Below, piece after piece: positions 62,422 through 64,000 of a stretch of 64,000 nt of DNA. A program made the position numbers and the translations under genes. Below the pieces are notes generated by a model. It saw nothing but the letters and a program-made list of their open reading frames with translations, made no database searches and was not told the DNA's origin. The stretch is from Tubiluchus corallicola (lineage: Eukaryota > Animalia > Priapulida): positions 558,001 through 622,000 of the forward strand of contig JAQGDQ010000059.1 of NCBI GenBank assembly GCA_030141605.1, given 5' to 3'. Within the stretch, counting starts at the first letter, position 1, and every line of letters starts with the position of its first letter.

Positions 62422-63534
62422 GAGACATTATGAGGCACCAGCATGTTCATCTATATGAGAAAGAGACAGTCATTGCGCATGATACTACGGCTTATCATAA
62501 AGTAATGTTACCTAATATCACACCTACATCTGACATAATTGACCTAAGCAACAGAATTATTTCAGATGTGGTCACGAGATGGTGCTAGAGAGCAGATGCA
62601 AATACAGTATTTAAGTAAATAAAATTGGTACTCGATAAAAGGATCTGCTACTGTCTAAAGAATAAGTTCAAAATTGGACTATGAATGCTGTTTTAAAACT
62701 TATACCATATCATGCTGCATCCTACGGGCTTTATAACTTAAAGCATTGATCTTGTTTTTCTAGGAAACACATGTTTTAGTGATTAATCTAAGGCTTTCAT
62801 TCACTAAATAGTAAGAGCAACAATGCTTTAAGAGTGAAGACTGTTGGCGCATGCAATATTTACACTAAAATCGTTCTATTATTCACAACAAAATTTATGT
62901 AGCACCAAAGAAATATCTGCAAAGATAAACGCCAAAAGAAATTAGGAGCTGTACAATATCTACAACGCAGCATATTTCAGAAGCCAATGCACCATTAAAA
63001 CATACAAGTAAGCATGCATACAGTTTAAACATGGGAACATATCCGATAGATAGGCCACAACATCGAGAATAATAGCATTTTTTATTTAATGCTATTTGAA
63101 CGCCTGAAATGTCAATAAACTTGAGATTTCTACAGCTTCGGATAAGATGCAATTTATGTACTTATGCTCAAGTTTCTCAAAATAATTTCAGTTCGAAATT
63201 GATGGTATGACAGCATGTGAAAATCGACGCATCACTTGATTCATGCTTTGCAGTATAAATTATCTTGCAAGAGTTAAAAGCAAAATTCGCAGGAGATCAT
63301 AATTCTCAAAAATTATGGGAGGCAATGAAAAGCCTACATCTGTCATCAGTTTTTTTAAAACTTAGGCTCAGTTTATATTGTCACACCTTTTACACAGAGA
63401 TCAATGACACTTCAAATCTGATGCAATAATCTTCAAGCTGACATTGTGAACTTTAAAAAAGCTTCGCTTCAAAAGTCCTGCCTGCAATTAAATGTTGGTC
63501 CATCTGAATGCAGAAGGGTGCTTTGCTAGCAAAT

Positions 63535-63830
63535 TGACTGGCTGATTAAAAGGCTACACACTAACTAAATGACATGGCTTGATTGACTGTCTGACCTAGT
63601 AAATGACTAAGTTGTCTGACTGCTAGATTGTTGAATAATTGGCTGATAGCCAGATTAGCTGACATGATCAACTCACTTGCTAACTCAGCGCCTACTTAAC
63701 TCTACTTAACCTGATACTCTAATTCAATGACAAGTTGACTAGCTCCCACACATACGAAGTGACACAACTGATTTACTTCGTGAGTGAGTAATTAAGTAAT
63801 TAATTGAATGATTGATAACTTACTGATTTA
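63535..63830. repeat. Highly degenerate tetranucleotide (TGAC/TAAC-like) tract
   Basis: Recurrent gact/ctga/taac 4-bp periodicity. Confidence 0.5.
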
Positions 63831-64000
63831 ACTATTCAAATCAGCTCAATTAATTATTTGAATTTAATACTTAAATGTGATAGCTTTCCAGAATGTGGTT
63901 TCCAACTTTGAAAAAATAACATCGTATCTGCATTAACAGATTACAGCAGTCTGGTTTTTTGTACAAGGACATATTTAAGAAAAATGTGTTAAGCGTTACA

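Noticed and set aside
62895-63152. ORF with LRR-like start LIRSCRNLKFIDISG
   Set aside because: A single short motif with no continuation or splice support; the flanks resemble non-autonomous DNA-transposon sequence.
53001-64000. Upstream ADSL exons (GQTY...HK segment)
   Set aside because: Searched by eye on the minus strand and not found; presumed to lie beyond the window.

Overview
AT-rich, intron-containing animal genomic DNA; the allatostatin-C peptide suggests a protostome, probably a spiralian (inference). Manual exon reconstruction gives five protein-coding genes. (1) USP22/nonstop deubiquitinase, + strand, 12 coding exons, 471-9881. (2) A 97-aa allatostatin-C/somatostatin-type neuropeptide precursor, - strand, 3 exons over 15710-34430 with a 16.6-kb first intron; the ORF track does not show it. 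(3) A PDGF/VEGF-family growth factor with CXCXC tail, - strand, 38806-42558. (4) The 3' five exons of adenylosuccinate lyase, - strand, 47120-53000; its 5' part lies beyond the window. (5) An uncharacterised ~157-aa protein with a Cys4 zinc-ribbon-like module and a SAM-like domain, + strand, 60353-62421, nested antisense in the long ADSL intron. The rest is intronic or intergenic DNA with LINE relics, tRNA- and 5S-derived SINEs, MITE/foldback elements, a Helentron-like element, hammerhead-ribozyme relics and microsatellites. All exon coordinates were read by eye, repeat boundaries are approximate, and no database search was run.
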